Shown here piece by piece: positions 7,428 to 17,273 of a stretch of DNA of 24,403 nucleotides (within the stretch, counting starts at the first letter, position 1; every line of letters starts with the position of its first letter). The notes below the pieces were generated by a model. That model was not told where the DNA came from, did no database searches, and saw nothing but the letters and a program-made list of their open reading frames with translations. The DNA lies in IMG/VR virus record IMGVR_UViG_3300031694_000043, positions 1-24,403 of that record. One strand, given 5' to 3'. Both the position numbers and the translations under genes were made by a program. The stretch comes from a virus. Lineage: Duplodnaviria > Caudoviricetes.

Positions 7428-7811
7428 ATGAAACTAGCAATAATAGGTAGTCGGTCATTAAAAGAAGAACAAATAGTGTGGGAAGCAATACATACTTTTG
7501 TTACGGGACACTCAGTTGAGGGTGTTCCGATCACGATTATTTCTGGTGGAGCAGAGGGTATAGATGGGTTTGCTAAGTCTTATGCTACAAAGTGGAGTAT
7601 GGATCATGTAGAGTTTATTCCCTATTTTAAACTAGACAGGGCTTCCACTTATTCAGCCAGACATTTCTTTATCCGTAATAAACAAATCATTGACAATGCG
7701 GATAGGGTGTTAGCAATATGGGACGGGGTTTCCAAAGGGACTGAGCATGGTATTAAATATTCTCAGAAGACAGGGAAACAAGTTATGGTTATAAAAAGGA
7801 ATATAACTTAA
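7428..7811 (+). CDS. Stand-alone SLOG-superfamily protein (DprA/YspA/DUF2493-like Rossmannoid fold)
   Basis: MKLAIIGSRS, IISGGAEGID, RNKQII, and AIWDGVSKGT are characteristic SLOG motifs. Confidence 0.85.
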   Translation: MKLAIIGSRSLKEEQIVWEAIHTFVTGHSVEGVPITIISGGAEGIDGFAKSYATKWSMDHVEFIPYFKLDRASTYSARHFFIRNKQIIDNADRVLAIWDGVSKGTEHGIKYSQKTGKQVMVIKRNIT

Positions 7812-8119
7812 TCCCCACCCCTACGTTTCATCATATAGCTTTCTAGTTTAGCGAAGCGATCTTGTATTTCTTTATGATGTTGGAGTGCTTCACTTTTAAA
7901 GGAGTTAATAGCTTCTTTAAAGGTGAGTGCGCTAACATATTCTTCTGCAATTTTCAACTCTAATATAGCAAGTTTATCACAAGTAATTCTACCTTGCGCC
8001 CTACACTCTGTAATCTTTACTAATAAGAATCTACCAAACCATAGCCCTACTGCTACTAATAGTCCTGCTGCTGCTACTAATAATTCAAAAAGCCACTCGG
8101 CATGATTTGCGTGTTCCAT
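7808..8119 (-). CDS. Small membrane protein with N-terminal TM helix and coiled coil (holin-like candidate)
   Basis: Hydrophobic segment LFELLVAAAGLLVAVGLWFGRFLLV, then a helical charged region and basic C-terminus. SD AGGA. Last gene of the structural arm. Confidence 0.55.
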   Translation of the reverse strand: MEHANHAEWLFELLVAAAGLLVAVGLWFGRFLLVKITECRAQGRITCDKLAILELKIAEEYVSALTFKEAINSFKSEALQHHKEIQDRFAKLESYMMKRRGGD

Positions 8120-8134
8120 TATTATTTTCCTGTA

Positions 8135-11100
8135 TCAATGATAATATTTATTTACATATAAGATGTGTTTCTGAGCATTTGCCTTTACCGCCGTTGACAC
8201 ACCTTTTTTATCTGTATGATGTAATTTTATATACATATCATACTGAGCTTTTCTATACTTCTCTCCCGTACCATCCTGACTCTTTGGATCAAGCATTATT
8301 TTCCAAAGTTCATCCCCACCTTTTTTCTCTAATAAATCACCTAAGAGTAACAAAGTTTGTTGATCTCTAGTCAACTCTCCTACTTTACCATCTTTATATA
8401 GCTTATCTAACCAAGCAGGTGGATTGTTGAGTTTACTTTTCACTCTAGTAATAGCAGACTGAAGAGAGGTATTTTTCTTTGCATCCCTTTCGGCTTGTGT
8501 GCCTACTAGAAATTGATATAAACCCGTAGCAGTACTACCCTCAGAATTTTTAATAGATTGTCGATTTCTACTTTCTGTCCAAGCAAATTTATTTGCTAAG
8601 TCAGCCAATATCTTCTTTGGTATTTCCCAATTGTTTCTTGTATGTTTTTCACTACCCTTTATATTAAGACCTTTTCCTTCCTTGTTTTTTCTAGTGAAAT
8701 GCCTTTCAACTAACTCATTTAATTCAGGTGATTCAACTGTATCAAAACTAAACCTATTCTCTTTTTTGTCCATTCCATTGGGGTTATCGGGACTAGTAGG
8801 AGGCAGTGGGTTCATAGTAGGAAGGACATAATCTGCTACCTTCCCCGCTTTTACTACGAGATCTTTAGCCCTTTCCAAGCCTTCCTCCCATAGAGATTCT
8901 CCCCTATCTACTTCAGGGGAATCTTTTTTTTTTATTACCCCTTTTGAGGGTTCTGGAATCCCTTGTAATAGTTGTTCCCTAAAGGCTTCAGATCCAAATT
9001 CACTCGGCGGTAGTTTCTCTTCCTGTGTTTGCTCTTTAGGAGCAGAGGGCGTGCTAGGCATTTCTTTTACTAGACTAGCTAAACTACTGAGATTAGGAAA
9101 TGATTCCATAGTATTTTGAATTAATTGATTTCTGTCATCTTCAGTATCAAAATTTTTATTTTCTAATTTAGCAGTAAGTTTAATAAATTTCTGAAATCTT
9201 TCTGAATACATTGCATTCATACTGTCGGCTGCTACTCCACTGCCGTCTCTAGACTTATCTATAGACAAACTACGGAAACTAAGCCTACCATTATCAATGG
9301 TAGTTTTAATTTTTATACCTCTTTCACTAAGGTTGTCTAATTCCTTTACAATATCATCATCTACTTGTTTTATCCAATCTTTAGAACTAGTATCTATAAC
9401 ATCTCTAGCTTCATCAGTTAAATTAGTTAAAAAAGTGGGATTATTTCCCGATATATACTCATCAAATAGTTTTTCTTTATTCAGAAAAGTAACTCCAACT
9501 GGATTTTTCATTCCACTTATATTTGAACTTGTACTATTTATACCATCTATAACTGTCTGACTTGTCATATCCCGTTCCCAATTAGGATTTCCGAGATTCA
9601 TTTCTTCACCCTTGCCAGATCCAATAATTTCTTTTAATACTTTTGTTCCTTCAACAGCAGCTTCTATATCAAGGTCTGTATCATTTAGATTCTTATTTTT
9701 TTTATCTATACCTTCTACTTTATCATTTACCAATTGTATCGAATTAGACATAAATAACATTATTTTATGTGCTAATGCCCTAGTCTCTGGGGTGGCGAAT
9801 TCTCCTCCTAACATTGCAGGTAGCCCTCCTACATCACGAAATAATTCTAAAATATGTTCGGAAGTTTTTTTAGTTATACCTGTTTTCTGAAGAAAGTTTA
9901 TAGCAGCCTGATCTTCAAGTATTTTGACAGAGTTCTCGTAAGTTTTTTTCTTATCTGTACCATTAATTTTTGATATTGTGGCATTCTTCATTGCTTCTAG
10001 TTGATTTATAAATAATCCTACATTTTTATCAATATTTGCGTCACCTGCCCCCTCACTTAATGTATAGTTGGCTCTCATAACTGCTTGGTCATGGAGTTCA
10101 TTTACTTCAGCTATTGCTTTTGCTTGATCTTCTGGAGGTATATTATCAGGATACCTATTAAATAATTTAGCAGTCTTGAAAAGTTCAACGTATGTGGCAT
10201 CATCTAACAGAGAACGACCCGTTTTTGGATCTTTCTTAGTAAGTTCATGTATATTCTGTGCCTTTTCCGCAGCGTTATATTTATTAATTGATGCTATTTG
10301 TTCTGTGACTCTATTAGCATTGCCTACAGTCTTATCCCATTCTGCATTATCGGAATTAACTACGTCCCAATCCGTTTGTCCTGCTAGTGGCCCACTTGTA
10401 TACACGGGCGGTGTAGAGTATCTTTCCAGATATTTGTCTAATGATTGTTTTTTACTATATTCTATATTTGCCTGAATAGCATCTCTTTGGCTTTTTAATT
10501 CACTTCTATAGTCACTAACTCCCGCGAGTTTAGACATATAATTCATTTCTGCAATAATTTCATCTTTTTGTGAGGGATGCAGTGCAAGAAACTTTTTAGC
10601 AGTATTATTCATTGCATTTTGATATTGTTCTTCACTGGATCGCCCCTGCACAAAGGCTAGACCCGCAGTTTTCATTTTTGCTTTTGTATTATCTAGAGCT
10701 AGATTAATTGCTCCTATTGAATCATCTCCACTAATCTTTATTCCATCAGAGGTACTTGAGCCAAGAGTTCGATACGCTTCTTCTTCATAATAATCTCCGA
10801 CACTTTGTTCGGCAGCTATATTCTTTTCCACTTCGGCATTTATTTCTGAATCTAAGAGTGAATTAGGATTTCCTTGCATAAAACTAGCAATGTTAGCTTT
10901 TGTTTCTTCTTGAACATTTGCTAGGTTTTGTCCCTTTTGAAAGGATTTTAGATTGGTAATGCCCCCTGAAATCCCTTCCATGCCAGTTTGTATAGCACCT
11001 TGTGCTAGATTACCATATCTTTTTCGTATCCCTTCTTTGGAGAACTTTGATCCCTGTGCATTAACCGCTAAAGTATCCTGTCCAATACCAAATTCAGTAC

Positions 11101-11164
11101 CACCAGTTTGTTTTCTTTTGTTATAGTCTTGTTTACTTCCTGAGTCTTGTTTAATATTAGCCAT
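8135..11164 (-). CDS. Internal virion (ejection) protein with C-terminal lysozyme/lytic transglycosylase-like domain
   Basis: 1009 aa, largely helical, with a Pro-rich linker followed by FAWTESRN...STATGLYQF (ES + GLxQ motifs). Confidence 0.7.
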   Translation of the reverse strand: MANIKQDSGSKQDYNKRKQTGGTEFGIGQDTLAVNAQGSKFSKEGIRKRYGNLAQGAIQTGMEGISGGITNLKSFQKGQNLANVQEETKANIASFMQGNPNSLLDSEINAEVEKNIAAEQSVGDYYEEEAYRTLGSSTSDGIKISGDDSIGAINLALDNTKAKMKTAGLAFVQGRSSEEQYQNAMNNTAKKFLALHPSQKDEIIAEMNYMSKLAGVSDYRSELKSQRDAIQANIEYSKKQSLDKYLERYSTPPVYTSGPLAGQTDWDVVNSDNAEWDKTVGNANRVTEQIASINKYNAAEKAQNIHELTKKDPKTGRSLLDDATYVELFKTAKLFNRYPDNIPPEDQAKAIAEVNELHDQAVMRANYTLSEGAGDANIDKNVGLFINQLEAMKNATISKINGTDKKKTYENSVKILEDQAAINFLQKTGITKKTSEHILELFRDVGGLPAMLGGEFATPETRALAHKIMLFMSNSIQLVNDKVEGIDKKNKNLNDTDLDIEAAVEGTKVLKEIIGSGKGEEMNLGNPNWERDMTSQTVIDGINSTSSNISGMKNPVGVTFLNKEKLFDEYISGNNPTFLTNLTDEARDVIDTSSKDWIKQVDDDIVKELDNLSERGIKIKTTIDNGRLSFRSLSIDKSRDGSGVAADSMNAMYSERFQKFIKLTAKLENKNFDTEDDRNQLIQNTMESFPNLSSLASLVKEMPSTPSAPKEQTQEEKLPPSEFGSEAFREQLLQGIPEPSKGVIKKKDSPEVDRGESLWEEGLERAKDLVVKAGKVADYVLPTMNPLPPTSPDNPNGMDKKENRFSFDTVESPELNELVERHFTRKNKEGKGLNIKGSEKHTRNNWEIPKKILADLANKFAWTESRNRQSIKNSEGSTATGLYQFLVGTQAERDAKKNTSLQSAITRVKSKLNNPPAWLDKLYKDGKVGELTRDQQTLLLLGDLLEKKGGDELWKIMLDPKSQDGTGEKYRKAQYDMYIKLHHTDKKGVSTAVKANAQKHILYVNKYYH

Positions 11165-11167
11165 AAT

Positions 11168-14100
11168 TTATTTGCCTTCGTGTATATATAGAGGTTCTGT
11201 TTCTGGATTTCTTAATAGCTCTAATATTTTCTTGATTTCAGGTAGCGCATGGTGGTCTGCATCTTCCAAATTTCTTAGTGCTTTATGTAAAAGCTCATCA
11301 TTTGACCTTCGTTTATTTTTCATTATAGAAGTTATTATTGATTGACCTACACTTTTTTGAGATTGTTTATCCATCTGTAATACAAGATCCATTATATTTT
11401 CCCTACTTTGCCGATCATGTGTAGGATCTAACATAGTTAAAAAAGATGATAGTTTTTCTATCTTAGTAGCCGTATCGGGGCTTAATTCACCATTTGGTAG
11501 TTTTGTATAGACATTCTGTAGTAATGTAAACATTTTTTTAGCTAAGTCTTTTTCATTTTTATCAAATTCCATTAGATAACTACTTGCTTCAAACATTTTA
11601 TATTGTTTTTGATTTTCTCCGCCAAACATTCCTTTATAAATAATGTCAGGATAACTTGGTGGTAGACCCAGAGGCTTGCCTCTTGATGAAAGATATTGTT
11701 TTGCATTCCACATTACCAGTGCTTTTTCCATATTGCCAAATATTGTAGCAGTTTCAAGAGCCTCTCTTAAAATCATTTCAAACTGTTCGGCAGTACTTAT
11801 TTCTTTTATATTTGTCCAACTTTTAATTTCATGGTAAGTTTTAAATAAAGATGCTCCTATATGGAGAACAGGAAACCTTGGATTATCCGAAGGATTTCCA
11901 TTTGTAAGTTTAAGGATTTCTGCCATTCCTGCAATATGAGGAAACCCATACTCAGAAATAGGAGACATACTTTTACCAATCATCATTGTTGATTTAGCAT
12001 TATCTTTTTCTAAACCCATTCTAGATCTATATATATCAGTTGCTAGATCAAAGGACTTAGCAAATATTGGATCTAATATTCCAGTTTCAAGTGCCATTCT
12101 CCACTTAGGATCGGAAATGAAAGGCGCACCCTCATCATCATTTAAAAGATCATAAATATAAGCTGCCAATGATCCCCCTACAATAGCTGCATCGCCAAAG
12201 AGTATAAGTCTGGCTAAAGCTTGTCTTGCTCTATCATCATCACTCATTATAGTTGCAGTATCTTGAAGCATATTCATTGTTTGTTTTTGTATAATAGCTT
12301 GGAACTGTAAAAAAGGTTTTAACCAGTTATGTTGATAGTCATAAGAAGCCCCTTTATTCATTGACCCCGAAAGTCTTAAACCTTCTGCTGCAATGATTGC
12401 TTTATTTTCTACAGTTCTCCAATCTAATGTTGGATTATCTCTTTGCCATATATGCTTTGCCATTAATAACATACCTATTCTTTGTGCTAATTCAGCAGGA
12501 TCATAACCTATTTTTCTTAAAGAACGAGGAGCAAATAATCCCGTTTTATTCATAAATTTGAATCCAAGATCTGTATAATCTTCTTTAAGCATATTTTTAG
12601 CATCATTACTCATATCACTAACATAAGCATGAGAGTCAAATCCTGATAGCAAACCAGATTCTTCAAACCACGCCATTGTTTCATCAAATTCTTGATCCGA
12701 CAACCCAGAGTTTCTCCTAGCATGGTACATTATTAATCGAGATATTGGCCCTAAATCATGTGAATTAGCCGTAAGAGCTAGTCTAAAGGATAGCATAGTG
12801 CTAAAAGATTCTAAAAACTGATTAGGGTACATCATATACATCGTCATCATATCGGCAGGTTGAATTACCCATTGACGCATAAAATTCATTGAAATCATAT
12901 TCATTGTAACAAACTGCGTTGCCCATTTATAAGGAATATTTCCTTGTCTAGATAACAGATATAGTTTATCTACAGCATTTTTTGATTCTTTATGAAACAT
13001 TTTACTTATCTCTTTAGGGACAATTAATGCTTCTCCTGCTTCTGCTATATTATGCCACCATCTATTCCATCTAAAATCTCCTGCCGATTGAATCATATTA
13101 AATCTCTGGAGGTATTTAAAATAAGCCTGTGCTTCTTGAAATCTAATCTGATTTTCTTTAGTTGTTTGTTTTGGAGGAATAAGTTCCTCTATAAAATTCG
13201 GCATTTCATTCACATAATGAGGTGGAATCATATCTCCAAAATTCTGAATAAACGATTCTTTTATTGCACGACCATGATCAATGTGTCTATTTTGTTTAGC
13301 TAAAGTCCGATAACTACCCGTAATAGAAATCCACGGATCTTCTATAGGGACATTCCCGTCTTCAGAAATTAGACGTTCTTTCTTTCTTTGTGCAAAGGCA
13401 ACTTCTGATTTTTTAAGTCTATAGAGATCTGATGTATTCCTTTGAGATACACTCCCCGTGTCTTCTCTTGCTGCTAATATCATATTAGGATGGTCTTGTT
13501 GGTATAGACGTATAAATTCTTCTGCATCTGCGCGGGTCTTAAATCCTGCTAATGTTTCCTTAATGTTATATAAAGCTTTATGGCTAGTAACTACTTTTCC
13601 ATTCATAATTGCTTTTTCAGGGAAAGAATCTACAAAGTAATTTGCTACATTTGCTCTAGGAAAGTAACCTTCTATTTTAGGAAGAATAAATTCAGGTATA
13701 TAATTAAATTTAAGATCTCCATTTTGTTTTACTACACCATATTTATAGGTACGAGTTAATGATTTGCCATCAGTTTTACCTATTTTAATATCTTCATTTA
13801 ATTTAACTATAATTTTATTTTCTGCATCAAAAGCTTGTTTATTATATTCAACAGCTAAGTTCCTATCATAATCCCATAACATAAAATTGCCCTTACCCTC
13901 AAGGGCTATCATTGATGATATTTCATTAGGTTGTAACTTTTTAGTTACAAGTCCCAATAGCTCTGTTACTTCCCCCTCTTTCTCACCTGTTCTCCACAAA
14001 GCTTCCATATTTTGAGAGAGAAGCTCCTCTCTATATGTTCTATTATCGAAAATATATGAAATATCTATTGCTCTACGCAGTACTTGATGAGTTAGATGAA

Positions 14101-16354
14101 GTCGCTGTAATGAGTCTACCCCAAGATGAGGAAACATTACAGACAAACTTTTCATATCATAAAAATCTTTATCAGCCCTTAAATGAGCATTTTCTGCTGC
14201 GTGTTCTATTAATTCGTATAACTCTCTATTTTGTTTTTTATTTTTAATAAGGGCTTGATTCCAATCCTTTGATAAGTTTTTAAAATCAGCCCTTTCTAGT
14301 TCCTGATTGACTATTCCTGCATTTTCCATTGCTCTATTTAGTCTTCCCATTTTTGAAATATGGTCAAACCATGTACTTCTAGCCAAAGATGTAACATCTT
14401 TTTTCATTGGCCCAATACCCATGCTTATTTTTTGTACAGATGTATCAGTTAAACTTAACGGTTCGTATAGTTTTTTCCAATGCCACGCAACAACATACCC
14501 CCCTTCCTTTGGTAAAACTTCAAGAGTAGATTCTATAGGAACTTGTCCTCTTTCAATTCTTTTTTCTAATGTTGTTAAGAATCTTTTTGCACCAATTTCA
14601 GTAGGAAATGGCAATTGTTTAGTTGTGCCTGATACATCTGTTCCTTCCGAGACACTAGGACTAATATTTAATCCACCAAGGTAACTATTAGCGGGCATTA
14701 AATTACCCTTAATCATAAGTTCTTTTTTTATGGCGAATATCTCAGCTACATCAGCCATACGTTGTGTTACATTTGTAAAAAAAGTATCACGCCAACCAGA
14801 CGTAAAAGACCACTCGGCTGATTCAAGCATATTATCACCAACTTCCTGCATTTCATTTATAATTTCAGGTTTAAGTTGATTGTTAGTTGGGTGTAGTCTA
14901 ATTATCTCTTGAACTGCAAAAGATTTCCAGACACCATGTATATCTTTCCCACCAGACATTTCTTTAGTTAGCTTGCCTGTACTATCATTTTTTATATTTT
15001 CAGCTATTATCTTCCTTGCTTCTATAGGATTAGCTACATTCATAGTTTCGTATACACTATTATGAGGCACATCCACATCAGGCATACTTTTATCAAAGCT
15101 ATGTGTATTTCGACCAAAAATGGCAGCAATAAGCATCCCTGATAGAGCATTAATTGACATATTCGTTGCATCAAACTGAGGCTGTCTAAGCTCTGGAAAA
15201 GCTTCTAATATATAATTCTGCATAGTCGTATTCATTTCACCAAGGGCTACATTCATCCCACCATTCCACATCATACGAGAAATTATAGTAGAAGCCCTAA
15301 TAATAGGTATTGTAAAGTCCACACCCGTGGTAATTGCTTGCGCTAATGAAGCTTTTAATGCTGTATCATAATCTACACCCTCATAATCTAATTCAGAAAA
15401 TCTAGATGTACCATCTATTACTGCTGCTATAAAAGCAGCCGTAGCTATAGGAACAATGAATCCGCCCGTAAATAATGCAAGACTAGCGGGAGCTATTATA
15501 CCCGTCATCTGACCCAAGGATGAAGCCACTCTGTACTCTTGCTGTATTCTACGGAACTCAGGCATGGCTGCATCATATTCTGCTTGAGAAATACCCAATG
15601 GAAGCACTCCAAGTTTACCTAGTTGAAGTTCCGCACCTTCCCATTGATGATCTATACTTGCAAAGAAAGCAGCTATATGACCTCGTACACCTCTTTTATT
15701 TACATCTTCATCACGTATTTTAGAATAATGTGTAAGGACTCTTTCAGGCATTTGTGCCTGTACTACATTTTGAGATTCCCTTAAACTAGTGGGTAAATTA
15801 GGATCAGGTTTAGATAGTTTATTTATATAGTTTTCTTTTAAACTTGGTGGTAAATATCCACTACGATTATTTCTTAATAATATCTCTTTCTTAGTATTAG
15901 CATTGACAACAGGGTCAGCCATAATAGACTCTATAGATTCTATTCTTTCTTCCTCATCTAGCACTGCTGCTTGTGTTTCTGCTTCTACTACTAGATCACT
16001 TTTTCCATCATTAATTAATTGGGTAATTGATTTATTTTTGTCATTTTCAATATTATCGGTAATTCCTAATTGACTAAGGGCGAAAAAAGTTTCTTGGTCA
16101 GCTTGTTCTTTTGTCTTAGCTTGAAGGGCTTTGGCGGGAGGGGGAGGTATCCTATTATTTTTTGCTTCTAATATAGTTTCCTGCTTTTCATTAGGAGCAG
16201 GAAGTCTAAAGGGAGTAACATTACTTTTTTTGTCAATAGTAGGCAGAGCATCTTCTTGGACAGGAGATTGCTCTACTTTACCTTCCTGATTCGTAAGGCT
16301 AGTTTCAGCCTCTCCTTCTGGCTCTATATATTCTACTACTATTTCTCTTGTCAT
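11168..16354 (-). CDS. Large internal virion (ejection) protein, about 1728 aa
   Basis: Size and position after the nozzle, GNAT and small ejection genes. Hydrophobic segment IIAPASLALFTGGFIVPIATAAFIAAVI. Start reassigned to ATG 16354 (TAATG overlap, SD GGTGG). Confidence 0.65.
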   Translation of the reverse strand: MTREIVVEYIEPEGEAETSLTNQEGKVEQSPVQEDALPTIDKKSNVTPFRLPAPNEKQETILEAKNNRIPPPPAKALQAKTKEQADQETFFALSQLGITDNIENDKNKSITQLINDGKSDLVVEAETQAAVLDEEERIESIESIMADPVVNANTKKEILLRNNRSGYLPPSLKENYINKLSKPDPNLPTSLRESQNVVQAQMPERVLTHYSKIRDEDVNKRGVRGHIAAFFASIDHQWEGAELQLGKLGVLPLGISQAEYDAAMPEFRRIQQEYRVASSLGQMTGIIAPASLALFTGGFIVPIATAAFIAAVIDGTSRFSELDYEGVDYDTALKASLAQAITTGVDFTIPIIRASTIISRMMWNGGMNVALGEMNTTMQNYILEAFPELRQPQFDATNMSINALSGMLIAAIFGRNTHSFDKSMPDVDVPHNSVYETMNVANPIEARKIIAENIKNDSTGKLTKEMSGGKDIHGVWKSFAVQEIIRLHPTNNQLKPEIINEMQEVGDNMLESAEWSFTSGWRDTFFTNVTQRMADVAEIFAIKKELMIKGNLMPANSYLGGLNISPSVSEGTDVSGTTKQLPFPTEIGAKRFLTTLEKRIERGQVPIESTLEVLPKEGGYVVAWHWKKLYEPLSLTDTSVQKISMGIGPMKKDVTSLARSTWFDHISKMGRLNRAMENAGIVNQELERADFKNLSKDWNQALIKNKKQNRELYELIEHAAENAHLRADKDFYDMKSLSVMFPHLGVDSLQRLHLTHQVLRRAIDISYIFDNRTYREELLSQNMEALWRTGEKEGEVTELLGLVTKKLQPNEISSMIALEGKGNFMLWDYDRNLAVEYNKQAFDAENKIIVKLNEDIKIGKTDGKSLTRTYKYGVVKQNGDLKFNYIPEFILPKIEGYFPRANVANYFVDSFPEKAIMNGKVVTSHKALYNIKETLAGFKTRADAEEFIRLYQQDHPNMILAAREDTGSVSQRNTSDLYRLKKSEVAFAQRKKERLISEDGNVPIEDPWISITGSYRTLAKQNRHIDHGRAIKESFIQNFGDMIPPHYVNEMPNFIEELIPPKQTTKENQIRFQEAQAYFKYLQRFNMIQSAGDFRWNRWWHNIAEAGEALIVPKEISKMFHKESKNAVDKLYLLSRQGNIPYKWATQFVTMNMISMNFMRQWVIQPADMMTMYMMYPNQFLESFSTMLSFRLALTANSHDLGPISRLIMYHARRNSGLSDQEFDETMAWFEESGLLSGFDSHAYVSDMSNDAKNMLKEDYTDLGFKFMNKTGLFAPRSLRKIGYDPAELAQRIGMLLMAKHIWQRDNPTLDWRTVENKAIIAAEGLRLSGSMNKGASYDYQHNWLKPFLQFQAIIQKQTMNMLQDTATIMSDDDRARQALARLILFGDAAIVGGSLAAYIYDLLNDDEGAPFISDPKWRMALETGILDPIFAKSFDLATDIYRSRMGLEKDNAKSTMMIGKSMSPISEYGFPHIAGMAEILKLTNGNPSDNPRFPVLHIGASLFKTYHEIKSWTNIKEISTAEQFEMILREALETATIFGNMEKALVMWNAKQYLSSRGKPLGLPPSYPDIIYKGMFGGENQKQYKMFEASSYLMEFDKNEKDLAKKMFTLLQNVYTKLPNGELSPDTATKIEKLSSFLTMLDPTHDRQSRENIMDLVLQMDKQSQKSVGQSIITSIMKNKRRSNDELLHKALRNLEDADHHALPEIKKILELLRNPETEPLYIHEGK

Positions 16355-16896
16355 TAGCCGTTCCACCAACCCTGAACATTTTTACCTAACTGTTCATATC
16401 CCCCACCATAGGCTACCATACTACTTCCTATTGAGGATGCTCCTTGGAATATGCTTTGAAGATTTTTTGTATCTCTTCCAATTTTATCAAATTTATTTGC
16501 ATACCGAGCTTGTTCACCAGATAAGAAACTAAGTTGACTACTGAAATCAGTTTGTAAATTAGTATAACCCTGCTCTCGTCCCATTGTTGTTGACACATTA
16601 GATAGCCCTCCCATAAGCCCAGATGAAGCACCACCTACATTCGCATTTTCAGCCATATTTATCATCCTTGCTCTGTCTTGTCTGCCTTTGCGTAATTGAG
16701 CCATTCTTGATCTAGCAGTATCTAAGTCTGCTCTTTTTTGTTTAACCCTCTGCTCCTCTTTAGCAGCAGCAATTCTGTTCTTTTCTGCTTTTTTTTGATC
16801 GCCCGCTCCCTTCATGCTTGTATACATGGTAAGGCCAGTTCCTACAGCCGATACCGCTGCGCCTACCGCAAGTGCTACTGGTAAAGTTATTGGCAT
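16354..16896 (-). CDS. Small internal virion (ejection) protein, T7 gp14-like by analogy
   Basis: Hydrophobic Ala/Gly-rich N-terminus (PVALAVGAAVSAVGTG), Q/A/R-rich helix, Gly/Ser-rich segments. SD AGGAG and TAATG overlap. Confidence 0.7.
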   Translation of the reverse strand: MPITLPVALAVGAAVSAVGTGLTMYTSMKGAGDQKKAEKNRIAAAKEEQRVKQKRADLDTARSRMAQLRKGRQDRARMINMAENANVGGASSGLMGGLSNVSTTMGREQGYTNLQTDFSSQLSFLSGEQARYANKFDKIGRDTKNLQSIFQGASSIGSSMVAYGGGYEQLGKNVQGWWNG

Positions 16897-17273
16897 TACA
16901 AATTCTCCTTACTAAGTGAATACATTACTTGATCTTCCATATTTCCATCATATAAAAAACTATTTGTTAAGTTACCTTCTTTTTTAAATCCACATTTTTG
17001 TGCTATTTTTATTATTAATCTATTGTGTACAGGAATTAAAGCAAACACTTTTTCTATCTTAGGTATAGAAGTAAATCCTACCCTTAATGCTTCTCTTGCA
17101 AAAGCTAATGTATGCCCTCTTTCTTTCTTTATAACTTCTGATATATGTATTTGATAACATTGTTCAGATAAAGGTACTAAAAGTATTTTTCCTATAACTA
17201 AATCATCTTTTCTCATTGCTATTATAATAGTAGGAATTGAACCACCATCATGGAAATCTACATAGAATGTCAA
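16896..17273 (-). CDS. GNAT-fold (RimJ/RimL-like) acetyltransferase-like protein
   Basis: C-terminal ALIPVHNRLIIKIAQKCGFKKEG...DQVMYSL matches the GNAT N...K.GF..EG motif. Start uncertain (TTG 17273 overlapping the nozzle stop, or ATG 17306). Confidence 0.75.
   Translation of the reverse strand: MTFYVDFHDGGSIPTIIIAMRKDDLVIGKILLVPLSEQCYQIHISEVIKKERGHTLAFAREALRVGFTSIPKIEKVFALIPVHNRLIIKIAQKCGFKKEGNLTNSFLYDGNMEDQVMYSLSKENL

Noticed and set aside
11168-16369. Virion-encapsidated RNA polymerase (N4- or crAss-like)
   Set aside because: I saw no DxDGD or single-subunit RNAP motifs. Context fits an ejection protein, and host-type promoters are present.
17240-17273. TTGACA on the - strand at the nozzle stop as a promoter
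   Set aside because: There is no acceptable -10 at 16-18 nt spacing. The hexamer is explained by the TTG/TGA gene overlap.
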